Of a stretch of 64,000 nucleotides of DNA, positions 24,261 through 36,170 are shown one piece after another. The translations under genes and the position numbers were made by a program. The stretch lies in the NCBI GenBank assembly GCA_946965045.2, contig OX337238.1:1302001-1366000 (forward strand). Reading direction: 5' to 3'. Each line of letters starts with the position of its first letter. The stretch's first letter is position 1. This DNA is from Epithemia pelagica. Taxonomy: Eukaryota > Protista > Bacillariophyta. The notes beneath the pieces were generated by a model. That model worked only from the letters and a program-made list of their open reading frames with translations. It was not told where the DNA came from and did no database searches.

Positions 24261-25895
24261 CTAGTGTTGTTGTTCTTGTTCTTGGTGCCATCGATGATAA
24301 AACTCGGTCGCATGGAGTTTCAAAAAGAAAAATACGGGCGATGTCACATCCCGATGCTCCTGGATCGCGGCGGTACCGACTTGGCAATGATTCCCACGAG
24401 AAGACGATCCCACCCGTTCCAACAAGAAGGGCCACACATTGGTGGGCAAGACAAACGAGGATCGTGCCTCGTGGTCGAAAGTCGTTGGTGTAGTAGTTGT
24501 AGTTGGTGAAGTGGATGGACAAGGAGCCTGGTTGTTGTTGCTGTTGCTGTTGTTGTTTTCAATGATAGCAAGACCCTCATAGTCGGTATCGTCCTCTGTG
24601 GTCGTTATTGTTGTTGTTGATAATGAAAATGTTAGTGAGTTGGTGGTGGTAGTGGTTTCCTGGTCGGTATCCTTTTGGTACAATTGTGGTTTGCACAAGT
24701 TTCGCAGTCTCCACAACCAATAATTCCGATTTTGAACCATGGTTACCGTGGCATCTGTGGGTGCCAGGACTTGTGGCCAGGAGAGTGATTGTAAACAAGC
24801 ATGTCGTTGGAGCGCTTGATCCAACTCATTCCAGGCTGGACCCAATAATTCGCGCTTGCAAGCAGTTCGACTGGCCATTGGATACAGTTCACTGGTCCGA
24901 ATGGGAAAGTTGCACTCTCTTGTCAAGGACAAGCATTTCAATTCGTCATGGGTCTGCAAGACATGTGTCACCAACCGTACCAACTCGGTACAAGGTTCCT
25001 TGTAGGATATGGTCAATGCTTCCAAACAAGATGGTTGTCGTATGTGGCTCTTGGTGGTGGTGTCTTGTTGGTTTGGCGGATCCAGACACTGGACCAGTGT
25101 CGTCGTGGTTTCGGCATGATCCAGATCGCAATACTCGACAATCAAGGTTCTCAAACCACCCGCATAGGGTGACCGGCTTCGTTGCTGTTGTCGGGATTGC
25201 ACTCCACGTGCCACATGTTCCGCCAGTAGTGTCGTGATTTGACACGAATAAAATCCCAAATCACACACCTGCCGCACCAAAAGGTTGGACACGAGTGCCA
25301 AAAAGGGCTGCTGTTTCGCAATGGAGTGTTGGACGAGAGCAAAATTGACCTTGTGAAATGTGAGAGATTCAATGGTAGAACCATTCTTCATCATCACACC
25401 ATGTAGTAGCAATGTGTGCAAGTCGTCAAAGGACAAATCCTTGTTCTTTCGGTTGGTGTTCCGTAAACGACCACCACCACGACGTTGTGGCACTTGACAC
25501 GGCATGTTACAAGCTAGGACCAGTCGCTTGGCAATGTACGGGGCAAGAATGAGGGAGGCAAATTGTTGGACCGCCAATGGTTCGTGGACCGGAAACCGAC
25601 ACTGACTCAAGTACAAGCTTTCAAAGACGGGGCACGGCTGCTGCTGTTGCTGCTGCATGTACTGTTGGTCCTTCTCCGTGTCGTGTGGTGCCTGTTGCGA
25701 GGACGACAGGAGCGCCACCAATTCGGTTTGCAAATACTGAATGCATTCCAGGTCCAAACACACATTGGACAATCGCAATTCTCCCATGGCATGGGTGGAC
25801 GACGACTGGCCAACGGAGGAAACCAGCGCACTTCGGCGACTGCAGCATCCGTTCCATTGTCGTTCCAGCAGGGACAAGTTCGGCGTCTTTTTCAT
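24261..25895 (-). CDS. RNI-like / LRR-like protein typical of diatom expansions
   Basis: 544-aa ORF with LxxLxL-type segments (FESLYLSQC, IESLTFHKV, LRTLIVEYC, LEALTISY, LKCLSLT) and an expansion-typical C-terminal WPFLLERV. Confidence 0.55.
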   Translation of the reverse strand: MKKTPNLSLLERQWNGCCSRRSALVSSVGQSSSTHAMGELRLSNVCLDLECIQYLQTELVALLSSSQQAPHDTEKDQQYMQQQQQQPCPVFESLYLSQCRFPVHEPLAVQQFASLILAPYIAKRLVLACNMPCQVPQRRGGGRLRNTNRKNKDLSFDDLHTLLLHGVMMKNGSTIESLTFHKVNFALVQHSIAKQQPFLALVSNLLVRQVCDLGFYSCQITTLLAEHVARGVQSRQQQRSRSPYAGGLRTLIVEYCDLDHAETTTTLVQCLDPPNQQDTTTKSHIRQPSCLEALTISYKEPCTELVRLVTHVLQTHDELKCLSLTRECNFPIRTSELYPMASRTACKRELLGPAWNELDQALQRHACLQSLSWPQVLAPTDATVTMVQNRNYWLWRLRNLCKPQLYQKDTDQETTTTTNSLTFSLSTTTITTTEDDTDYEGLAIIENNNSNSNNNQAPCPSTSPTTTTTPTTFDHEARSSFVLPTNVWPFLLERVGSSSRGNHCQVGTAAIQEHRDVTSPVFFFLKLHATEFYHRWHQEQEQQH

Positions 25896-26476
25896 GATTC
25901 TTGCGGCTCGTTCAAGTGTGGGCCTTGATGTCTCGTCGTCTGGACAGTGGTGTGAGTGAGTGATGAAACGATTCGTTCCCTTTGGAAGTCGTAAGGGTTC
26001 AGTTCTTGTTGTTGTAGGAGGTGGTCTCTTCGTTTGGCTTTTTGGCTTTTTGTTGGATGAATAAGAAGCAAAGATTCCTTTCTCTCTGTCGCGCTCTCTT
26101 TGGAAGGAATGGAGGGGAGCAACATGATCCCATCAAACCGAACAGATGAGTTGGATAGGAGCAGACAGGTTTGTGGTGGGACTCACGACTGAAAGGAATG
26201 CGGCAGGAGGGCTCGCGGGTTTGTGTCCGCCCTTCGCCCGCCCGGAGACGCGAACCTTATTGTATCCTCTACAAGTATTGTACCTTGCGCACCACAAACC
26301 ACAAACCACAAAGGTTATTGTATTGTACGCCTCTCGGGCATTCATAAGGCCATAGGCAACGACAAACTGGGGCAATACACACTACGGACTACGGAGAGAC
26401 CGCCTCCACACAATGTGAGCGCCCCACAAGCAGTGCTGTTCAAGTTTTGGAGGGAAATCAAAGAGCAGGCACGTCT

Positions 26477-28448
26477 ATGGTTGAATTGTTCGACGAAGCA
26501 AGATACACCATGAGCAACAACCACAACAAGAACAGTTCCAAGACGGATAGTCCTTTTGAAGTAGTGGATGCTGTAGGAAGGAGTTGGAAGAAGAAAAAAA
26601 GCAGAAAAAGCTTTTCCTTCCCAGAACGTCACCAGACGGATGCGGCGGGTGTGTACCACAGGGATCGTGGCCACCGTGACAACAGTCCGTTTCTCGGTCG
26701 ACTGTTTCACAACCACAAGAAAGCACTCTGCTTTGCGCGTCCCATGCAACTGGGGAAAACGACACTCTTCTCACTTGCTGACGAACTGTTCTCGGTCAAC
26801 CACGAATGCCCCAACATGGTGGACACGGAACTCATTGCGTATTCTCCCAACGAAGACGACAAAAATAAGTGGTATGTACTTCGCATTGACTTTGGTCCCA
26901 TTTGCGCCACCCACTCGGAAAACAGCAACGAACAAGAAGAGGACTGGACTGCACTCTGTCAAAGGCTGGACAAGGACACGGGATCACTCATCAAGGCGAA
27001 AGTGCTTCTGCTCTTGATGGAGAATCCGCAACTCCAGACAGTGTTTGACACGGTTTCCCGTGGGGTGCCAATCGCAGAACAATCCGTGATGCTGCTCGTC
27101 ACGTACTTGTACAAGGCAGTCAAAGCTCAGAAAGGACGTTTGTTGATCCTTGTCGACGAATATGATCGACCGGTTCGTGAAGGTCTACTCCATTTGATTC
27201 CTTCTCACTCGGAGACACTCTACGAACGTGTGAAGAGCGACATCCAGGCTTGCTTTCGAAGTTATTTTGGCTTTTTCCAGGCCGTCAAGACTCTCCTGGA
27301 GGGTCTTGACCACTCCAAGATATGGCTCACAGGTATCATGCCCATTGGTATAAGCGAGATGACGGGGCTTCACGTGACTCGGCTGACGTTCCACGAGGAC
27401 ATGGCAGATGCGGTTGGACTGACCGAGTCGAATGTCCGGCAAATGCTGGAAAGTGTCCGCCAACATGCCCAGTGGGAGTTCACCCACCAGGAATTGGAAT
27501 GTGCCATGGAATCGCTCAAGAAGAACTTCAATAACCTTCGATTTCCGGGTGGTCAGCCTCTCTATCACACGGCACTTGTCAATGGCATGATGAATATGTT
27601 GCTGGATGAACCAATCAAACAAAAGATTTTTGGAAAAAGGTTTGGTGCCTGCGTCCAGTTTGGCGCCGGAGGCAGTTCCGTCGTCGGTATTCGACGTCTT
27701 GTGCAATGCCCGAAACCTACGGCATGTTGTCAACAAGCTGGCGGAAAGACAAGAAATAGCAGGAGACATGTACAAGATCCATGAACACTTGAGTTTGGAG
27801 CACCTCTTGCAAGAAACCATTCATGTCAATGACTACCTGACCTTGTTGGTTCATGTGGGGGTGGTATCGGCCTCGGGGACGACAACCAACCCAACATTCT
27901 CCCTTACCTCGGAGTTGTACCGCGAGAACCTTCTTTCCCCCCTGCGGAAAACGTACCGAGCTTGCCTGCAAAAATTGGTGGCGCTCCGGACCACTCAAGA
28001 GCTGTATTCACAAGGTCAAGACATTTTGGTGGACTTTGTGACTTGCATTTCGGAAACGAGCATGACAAAATTAATGGCCTGGGCTGCATCAGACTCCAAG
28101 AATCATACCTTGGAGCTTCCATTCCAGACATGCATCGGCGCGGGGACCAATGACATTTTGCAAGAATTGGCATTGACCAGTCCGGAGGATGTAGTGCCAG
28201 TATCTGGAAAGCGGACCGATGTAACATTTAGTTCCCCCGCGTGTGTCGTGATACTGGACCTGAAACAAGTTGCGACTGTGGAGGGTCCGTCCGTTCCATT
28301 CCTAACCAACGCCCACCAGCAATTAGCAGGATATGTGAAGACACGGATGGCCATAGAGGAGTTGGACAAGAAAAGGCCTGTTGCGGGATTTGTCGTTGTA
28401 CTGTACAATGATGGTGCGGAGTATGTAGTGGAAAAACTGCGTCCATGA
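26477..28448 (+). pseudogene. AAA-ATPase-like plus PD-(D/E)XK nuclease protein with one frameshift near 27620
   Basis: FARPMQLGKTT (Walker A-like), LILVDEYDRP (Walker B), WLTGIMP in ORF 26447..27784; RTDVTF...VILDLK in overlapping ORF 27606..28448 in another frame. Confidence 0.75.
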
Positions 28449-29554
28449 TTGTCCAAGAAGTAGCCCTTGAGCGTGGGGTTCAAGCTAAACCTTACCCTAA
28501 ACCTGGTTACCATAATAAGGCAAAGCCGTGATTATGTCTAGGTCGGCTTCCGTATAGTTGTTGGACGTAAAGGCGTAATGGCGGCGACCGTTTGGCATCT
28601 ACAACAGCATGACGCGGGGTTTTCAGCGGCAAGCGGGTTTATACTGAAGGTGAGAAACACTCCAACACGTGGACCATGTGGCAACTCTACAACAATGACT
28701 GTAATCATGTTGAAATTAGTTTTCTGTTCTACTTCGATACTGTTTCATTTGCTAAATCTACCTAGGTAGTTACTGTATGTTCGGTGCTGGGGCTTCACGT
28801 TTTCTGTTGTCATTGATAATTCTACATGGCCCGACCTTGTTGGTGATGCAAGTCCTTCACTGGTGCTTCCTAATCATGCCGTGTTGCGATCCGTATCCTT
28901 TAGAGCATGTTGCCGTTGATAAAGTTTTGCAAGACTGTCGCGAGCTCGTGTTTCACTCCCGCAAGGCCTATTCCAACCCCAAGGCTTCTACAGACTCTTC
29001 GCTGTTCTGATTGTTCTTCGTGCTCACTGATGAACCTTCCATGAGTTGCAACATCATAAATCTCAATCGAGTCATGTCACTCCCGATTGGTCCCAATCCT
29101 TCCCGCCAGGCTTGCTCTCTTTGCGGATGAGGAAAGTGGAGAATGCTCTGAGCAATAATTGCACGTCGACGGGCTCGTGCCATCCAAAGAACAAACAACA
29201 AAGTGGAGTAGTATCTCATCTTCACAGGTGTAGTTAATTGCACCGTTGTTGTTACTCCTATTTGTTGGAGGATTCATGACTGAGCATGTTTGTGTTTGCA
29301 AAGGACATCCAGAGTAGTTTCAGCCTGCTTTTGTGGAGGAATCCGAGGAACTTTGGATTCCGGAACCCAAATTCGATGACGTTTCAGGGACTGGTTCGTA
29401 CGAGGACTCAAAGATTTTTTGGTAGGCATACGCTTTGCCGCATGAATATCTTCTTTTCCTCTGTCGTTTTCTCTTTGTCGACGGCAAGGTTTTTGAGCAT
29501 GTCCACTGCTGTCGTCCACCCTTGCACGTCTCCTTGACGCTTCCAATCATCCAA

Positions 29555-29654
29555 CTGCCATTCGATTTCCTGTTTGGAATTTTTGACCAATAGAAACGTT
29601 ACGGTTCGCACATTTCTGTGGGTCAAAAATTCCAAACAGGAAATCGTATGGCGG
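29555..29654. repeat. Long inverted repeat / hairpin: 45-bp arms, 10-nt loop
   Basis: Arms 29555-29599 and 29610-29654 with 5 mismatches; perfect 26-bp core 29563-29588 / 29621-29646. Confidence 0.92.
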
Positions 29655-32250
29655 TTCCTCGGTTGGCGCCTTTAGCTTGGCCCCAGCCGTGGCAGAACCA
29701 GGAGTACGACGCATGTCCGTCTCGGCGTCGTGTTCTCGTTCGGCACGCACTCATGGCCGAATCGTTTCACGCTGTTTGTTTGGGAGTCTTCCCCCGTGGT
29801 GCCGGATAACGGCCGCTGGGAAGCATTGGAACGAATCCGACCTCACATGCCGTTGTCTTGTGTTGTTTAGACAGCAAAGCATGAGAATGTGTCTGTGGGA
29901 AGAAAAGAGGGAGGAGTGAGAGGCAGGAGGCGCTTTGCAAAGGCGCCCTTGTAACCAAAAGGCGCCTTTTCGTCTCACATAAACCGCGACTGAAAGAAAT
30001 CTTTACTGTTGCTTGAAATGTACGACGATCCTACATTTTTATCCTATACAAACGAAAAGCCCACCCGCCGCCACAATTTCGTGGTTCTTGGGAACGTGGT
30101 GTCAAACCGGGTGTCAAGTGGGTTGCGAAGCAGACCATGACAGATGGTGTCCCAAACGTCGCAGCTGCGACGGAACACGATGCGACACCCATGATGGACC
30201 AATCATCATCCTCATCATGATGGCGACAAACACCACCATGCGCACCCGAGGGCGGTCGGTGTCGGTGTGGACCTCCTCCAGTATGCATCATCGTACGATC
30301 CCACAACAGCCGTCGCTCTATTGCTCACAAACGAAACTCCAAAGACACGTTCGTGGAGAGCCACGGCAGATGGACGACTTGAGCCATTCACTACTAAGTA
30401 TACGAACATAGAAACGTCTATAAAGAAGCGAAGCCGTCCGAAGTTCGCTTTCGCGACACTCCAAGGACTCGAACTGCCACAAATCACCACAACCATTGAT
30501 TTCTCTCCACACAGAAAAAAGGACAACCAACCCCTTGTCCATCCATCCAATTGATCATCGGTGCATCATTGCCAATTGTGGTACGTCAAGACACGTACCA
30601 TATCTCATTGGCATACTCTACCCCAAAGAGAGAGAGAGATTCCACCAAGAAAGGAGAAAAAAGATACCTTTTCTCTATTGCTTGTTCCGAAAGCACCGAT
30701 CTTTGAGCATCAGTTTCCCGGTTGTGTGGCGCAAGTCGACCTACCACGAGTACCATGATGCGTGGATCCGTTTTACAGACGCGTCGTTCGTGTCTCCAGT
30801 CCTGGTCCCACGGACGACAAGCCTGTTGGCCTGCAGTAGTGGCAGCACAACAACTCGTCCACACAACGGCGGCTCCCTGGTCGCACCCTCCCCACCGTGG
30901 ACCAGTGACCTCGGCCTTTCGCATGGACACGGCGAATCGTAGTCCTACGGACACCAAGATTCAAGACTATGGCTTGGCCGGCCCCTTGTTTCGAGACGAT
31001 TGGGAATACTTGGAGCGACAGTTTGGCGATGTCTTGGCCATGACTCCTACAACATCAACAACACATACTGCCCACAACCACATGGCCCTTCCATCGCCGA
31101 GACCCATCCATGTTGACTTGAGTGGATGGAACGACGACGAGAGTATGATGCAGGATGATGATCATCATGATGCGACGGCCATGGGCTCCTTGTTGTGGAA
31201 CAAGAAGCGCACTCTTTGGGGCTGATCCTTATTATTTCCAATCACAGGCAGGGCAGACATGTTCATTCGTTTCTACAGGTAGATTCTCGCGATGCCATTT
31301 TCTTCAACATTTCAAAACTCGCTCCAGCAGTCAAACTACCTACTACATCCTCTCATGACTCTGGTGTCCACGACTTTTTCATTCAACGGACTGGGTCCTT
31401 CTTTTGTGTTGCACTTTTATCTTCTACATACTTGTATGTGTGCGTTTGGGGAAGACTAGTACATGTTCCATAGCATCTTGCTATCATTATCATTTGCTAA
31501 TAAGATAGACTTTGTATTACGTACTGCTACTTTATTGTCCTTGTGCGGATTCTAGCTAGTCCATTGGCATCCCGTTCTTTCATACGCACTGTCTTTTCAT
31601 GTCTTTTCTGGAACACGCCGTGGAACGTACTCTTTCTTCCAACTCCAGTCACACACCTTCAATGAGGCAGGCATAGCTCTAGGTAGAGGCCATGGTCAAA
31701 GATCCATCCATCCACAACAAGCAGAGGAGGTTGGTTTTCTGGGTGTGTCGTGTTTTTGAAATGACTTTTCCCGTAATGTCGCTCCTCCAGATGGCCTTGT
31801 GCAGTCCAGATGGTCGCTCCGAGGGGAACAGCCACGGAATCATTCCACCAGATGACCGCGCGCCAATGGATGGATTAGTCTTTTCTGTCTCTTTTTGGTC
31901 TCCTCGTTTCAATCACTGGTCTACCTCTACCTCTACTAAAGGGAAAGACCACCATCATCCATCATCCTCCAGATACCATGCGTCTAGGACAAAGACAAAA
32001 CAGAGGAAAGCAGTAAATGGTGGGCTCCAACCCGAATCGAAGCCAACAAACACCCAATGAGAAAGCAGAATGAGATCGTGTGGAACGAGGATCTTTCTTA
32101 AACACAATAAATCGCTTCTTAGTCGCTCTTGTAGAGTGACGTTCGACGGATCAATGAGAATGGGAGAAAAGTTGCGGCCATGAACCACGGCCCGTTCTGG
32201 AACAATAGAATCTAGAGGAATACACAGAGATTGCAAGACAAGCACCGAGA

Positions 32251-32682
32251 ATGAAACTTATGACAGGAAGCACTCGGGCATTGTTGCTGCTGCTTGTTGC
32301 TCTTTGGAGCAGCCGCCATGCAGTTTACGCATTCCAGCCAATCATGCCAAGATCTATCGACAGCATGTTCCAACCAGAACGAGTCACTAGTAGTCAAGGA
32401 ACCTTGAATCCAGGTCAAACAACAGTTGTGCAGAGATCGGGTGCTGAATCCCCATCCAGCCTTTTCCTGTTTGGAAAGAATGCCATGACAGACAAGAACA
32501 AGAAAAAGGAGGAAATCACTACAGGAACCGTCAAACAAGATTGGGACTTTGGCTTGTTCTTGGTCTACATGACACCTTGGAAAAATCCCAACAGTATCTT
32601 TGTCTATCTTTTCCTCACTCTATACCTGTTGGGTGAATATTCAGAAGCCCATCGTTCGGTTCCGCCACCAACAGGATTGTAA
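32251..32682 (+). CDS. Small probable plastid-targeted membrane protein
   Basis: Signal peptide ending YA-FQP (ASAFAP-like), Ser/Thr-rich transit region, C-terminal hydrophobic WDFGLFLVYMTPWKNPNSIFVYLFLTLYLL. Confidence 0.65.
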   Translation: MKLMTGSTRALLLLLVALWSSRHAVYAFQPIMPRSIDSMFQPERVTSSQGTLNPGQTTVVQRSGAESPSSLFLFGKNAMTDKNKKKEEITTGTVKQDWDFGLFLVYMTPWKNPNSIFVYLFLTLYLLGEYSEAHRSVPPPTGL

Positions 32683-33772
32683 TAACTTGACGTAACCCTC
32701 AACCCTCACAGACGCTATGGAGAGACAGTTTCTAACTTGAGTAAGATGGTCCTCATCGTTGCTCTCTCTGTCAGGGGATTGCTAGAATGGTAGTACGGAC
32801 GGAAGCAAGCGCTTTCGCATGCTCTACATTGAATTTACAACAAACACCAACATCGCTCAGCAATCACATTGTCATTCTGAACTTTGAAAGAATCCTTCGT
32901 ACGTCTAAGTTCTCTATTGTTCCATTCTACAAAGACATAATCCTAGATCTAGGTACTCCGACTCGCCATTTTGCGAATGTTGTGGAAATCATAGAATTGA
33001 GAAAAAGATCCTCCTTGAAATCACTGTCCTATGTACAAATGGCATTCACCTATCGTCCGAATCACAGGGTGTCTTTGCTATCAGTGGTCCCTGCAATAAT
33101 GGTGTTCAAGGAATTTCTCGAGAGAAGATAACGCACCTCTCGCCATGGTTACCCCATATTTTCAAATGTCTCATGTACTCCTAGAGGAGTAACAGTGACT
33201 TATCCTACCTAGCTAACATAGCAAGGTCGCGCGAAATTTGAATCGCGCGTGCGGAGCAGAAACGAGATGACAATAGACACGTCATTCTTGTCAACACGTC
33301 GTCAGACATGATGTATGTGCCCGCCGAAGATCCAGGAGCGCTTCGCGAAAAAACGTCAAGTCTACGCAGCTAGCACGGACTAACTAGCCTTCAACATCGT
33401 GAATTCTTTCGATTTCGACGAGGGTTCGGGTATCCAGCTAGTAGAATCCCAGCTAGAAAGAATCTTGCTTAGTAGAAAAGGATCTTTATGAATTTTTCTT
33501 AATCTTGTAGTTGCCCAGAATCGGACTCTTATTAGTCATTCTTCTAGTCTCTCTAAGAGCGGAATCTGTGAGAAGAGGTCGAGGGAAGAAAGAAAGCTTC
33601 GGTGCTCTCTTCAATAATCTGGTTCCCGAACCCTTCGACACCAAATCTTCCGGAAACAGCTCCGGTAATCTGAACCTACCTGTCAACTTACTCTTTATGA
33701 TAGATTGGTACATAAACCGTGAGAGTAAAATTTCATCCCTACAGGAAATTTTCTCATACAATTTCCAAGTGT

Positions 33773-33996
33773 CGAATCTAGACGAATCTTCTCATCCTGC
33801 CATTCCAGTCCCTTCTATTGAGTCACGGATACAGAACATTTCATGGGCGCTAGAGTGTAGTGCACCCCCTACGTTGTCTAATCGCGAAATTTACCACGAA
33901 CTATGGATCTCTAGCTCGAGAGGCATTGTCCTTGGCTCTGAATATCCAGCGGCTGCGTCGATCTATAAATGATACCGAACTCTTCCGCAAGATTCG
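33773..33996. promoter_or_regulatory. Three YGAATCTH (PSR-type phosphate-starvation) motifs and a TATA-like box upstream of the second SLC34 gene
   Basis: CGAATCTA 33773-33780, CGAATCTT 33783-33790, AAGATTCG 33989-33996 (reverse strand); CTATAAAT 33963-33970. Confidence 0.55.
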
Positions 33997-34166
33997 TGCG
34001 GGCCACCTTATCCTTACCTCATCCATCTCATCCTCGTCATCGTTCAATCTGGTATCCAAGATCTCGCAACTCGCAAGACTGTCTGGGTTCTGTTGTTTGA
34101 GCGTTTGAGCGCACTCCCTCTCCTCATACTTTTCAAAACCAAACTTTTTGAAAGACAGACACCAAA

Positions 34167-36024
34167 ATGGTAAGAATGTCACGCGCAATCTAAAACTGTT
34201 TTGCGTTGCATCGATCCCCCGCCTAATGTTGTTTTCTCTGGTCTTCAGGCTGCCGAAGGAGAGAACTACGACGCCCCCATCGACGACGAGGTCGAAGAGA
34301 CCAATGAGCAAAAGGCCATGACCCGTAAGGACCGTGCCACCGGATCGGTTCATTTCGGAGACACTGACTTTGATGTGGAGGACGAATTCGGTGATGCCAC
34401 TTGGGAAGAGGTGTGCCGCACTTGCTGCTGCCACAGCCCCGAAGAATGGGGCATGATCGCCGTTGGTGTTGTTGGCGTTGCCTTGTTGCTCTACTTTTTC
34501 TTGTTCGGTCTTGAATTGTTGGGTACTGGAGCCAAAGTCATGTCTGGTTGCCGTGCCGGAGAACTTTTTGGCGATGACACCAACCCTATTGCCGGTCTCA
34601 TGATTGGTATCCTCGCCACTGTCCTTTTGCAATCTTCTTCCACCACCACCTCCATCATTGTATCTTTGGTCGGAGAAACCATCTCTGTCCAACAGGGTAT
34701 CTACATGGTTATGGGAGCCAACATTGGTACCTCCGTTACAAACACCATTGTTGCCATGGGACAAATGGGAGATGGTGACCAACTCGAACGTGCCTTTGCT
34801 GGAGCCACCGTCCACGATATGTTCAACTTCATGTCTGTCGCTGTTCTTCTTCCCCTTGAAGTTATCACCGGTTATTTGGATGCCTTGACCGGTGCCATGG
34901 TCAAGAATGCCGAAGTGAAGGACGGAGAGAAGTGGGAAGGACCCGTCAAGAAGATTGTGTCCCCTCTCGGAAAGCGTGTCATCATTGTCAACAAGAAGGT
35001 CACCAAGGCAATCTCCCTTGGCGAGTCCGAATGTGAAGACTTCTACCCCAACGAATGTGTCGGTGAACCCACCTACAAGTCTTGCGGTGGATCTTTTGGT
35101 CTCATTGGATGTGACAAGGACGGCAACTTCTGCCCGGCCTTCTTTTCCGCTGATGCCTCTGCCAAGGATGACAAGGTTTCTGGAGGTGTTGTCTTCTTCC
35201 TTGGTATCATGATCTTGTTTGTGTGTTTGCTTGGTATTGTTGCCATCTTGCAGAAGATGCTTTTGGGTATGTCCACCCGTATTGTGTACAAGGCCACCGA
35301 TGTTAACGGATACGTTGCCATTGCCATTGGTGCCGGTATTACCATGCTTGTGCAATCTTCCTCCATCACCACTTCCACTTTGACCCCCCTCGTCGGTATG
35401 GGTGCTCTCCGATTGGAACAGATGCTTCCCTTGACTTTGGGTGCCAACATTGGAACCACCTTGACTGGTATCACTGCTGCCTTGGTCTCCGACAACGTTG
35501 ACTCTCTCCAAGTCGCCCTTGCCCACTTGTTCTTCAACATTACTGGTATCTGCCTTTTCTACCCCATCCCTTTCATGCGTCAGCTTCCTCTTTACGCCGC
35601 TCGCCGTTTGGGTCGTGCCACCCGTGTCTGGCGTGGTTTCCCCTTGGTCTACATCTTTGTCATGTTTGTGGTCGTCCCTCTCTTTTTCTTGGGTCTTTCC
35701 GCTTTGTTCGAAGAAGATACCAAGGGATTCAAGGTTTTGGGATCTTTCATTGTTATTGTCCTTGTCTTGGTTCTTGCCTACATGACCTACTGGTGCCTTT
35801 ACATGGACGGACGTGAAAAGTGCTACAACTGCATGTCCCAACGTGAACGCAAGCGCGTTGCCATGAAGGAACTCCCCGATGACATGGAATACCTCAAGGC
35901 CCGCGTTGCCGCTTTGACGGAACACACTGGTTTGGTTGTCGATGAAGATGCTGATGAAGAAGAGGAGGAGGAAGTCGATGTCCCCAAGGACGACGAAGAA
36001 GAAAACGAAGAAGTTGATGCTTAG
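34167..36024 (+). CDS. SLC34: Na+/phosphate cotransporter, SLC34/NptA family (paralog 2); first coding exon is ATG only
   Basis: ATG 34167-34169, intron 34170-34248 (gtaaga...ctaat...ttcag), then AAEGENY; two QSSS motifs, GANIGT twice, VALAHLFFN. Confidence 0.95.
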
Positions 36025-36170
36025 GCGTCAGGATAATTGTCGTCCATAACTTCAAATCACGGTTGATCCCACTTGAGTGGTGATCCTGTGACCCATGTGT
36101 ATGTAAATTTTGCTTAGTTCTATCGAATAAAGCAGTTGTTTTTGTGAACTAGAATAGGTTATGGGTGTGA

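Noticed and set aside
28485-28503. Telomere-like TAAACCTTACCCTAAACC
   Set aside because: Only about two degenerate units; not an interstitial telomere array.
30267-31225. Short plus-strand ORFs (95 and 167 aa)
   Set aside because: Plausible small genes, but no recognisable family or clear exon structure.
36024-36038. Degenerate TSD for the retroelement (GGCGTCAGGATAATT versus GGCATCATGAAATT near 43739)
   Set aside because: Two mismatches plus an indel in 15 bp, and it would not explain the missing ankyrin 5' half.
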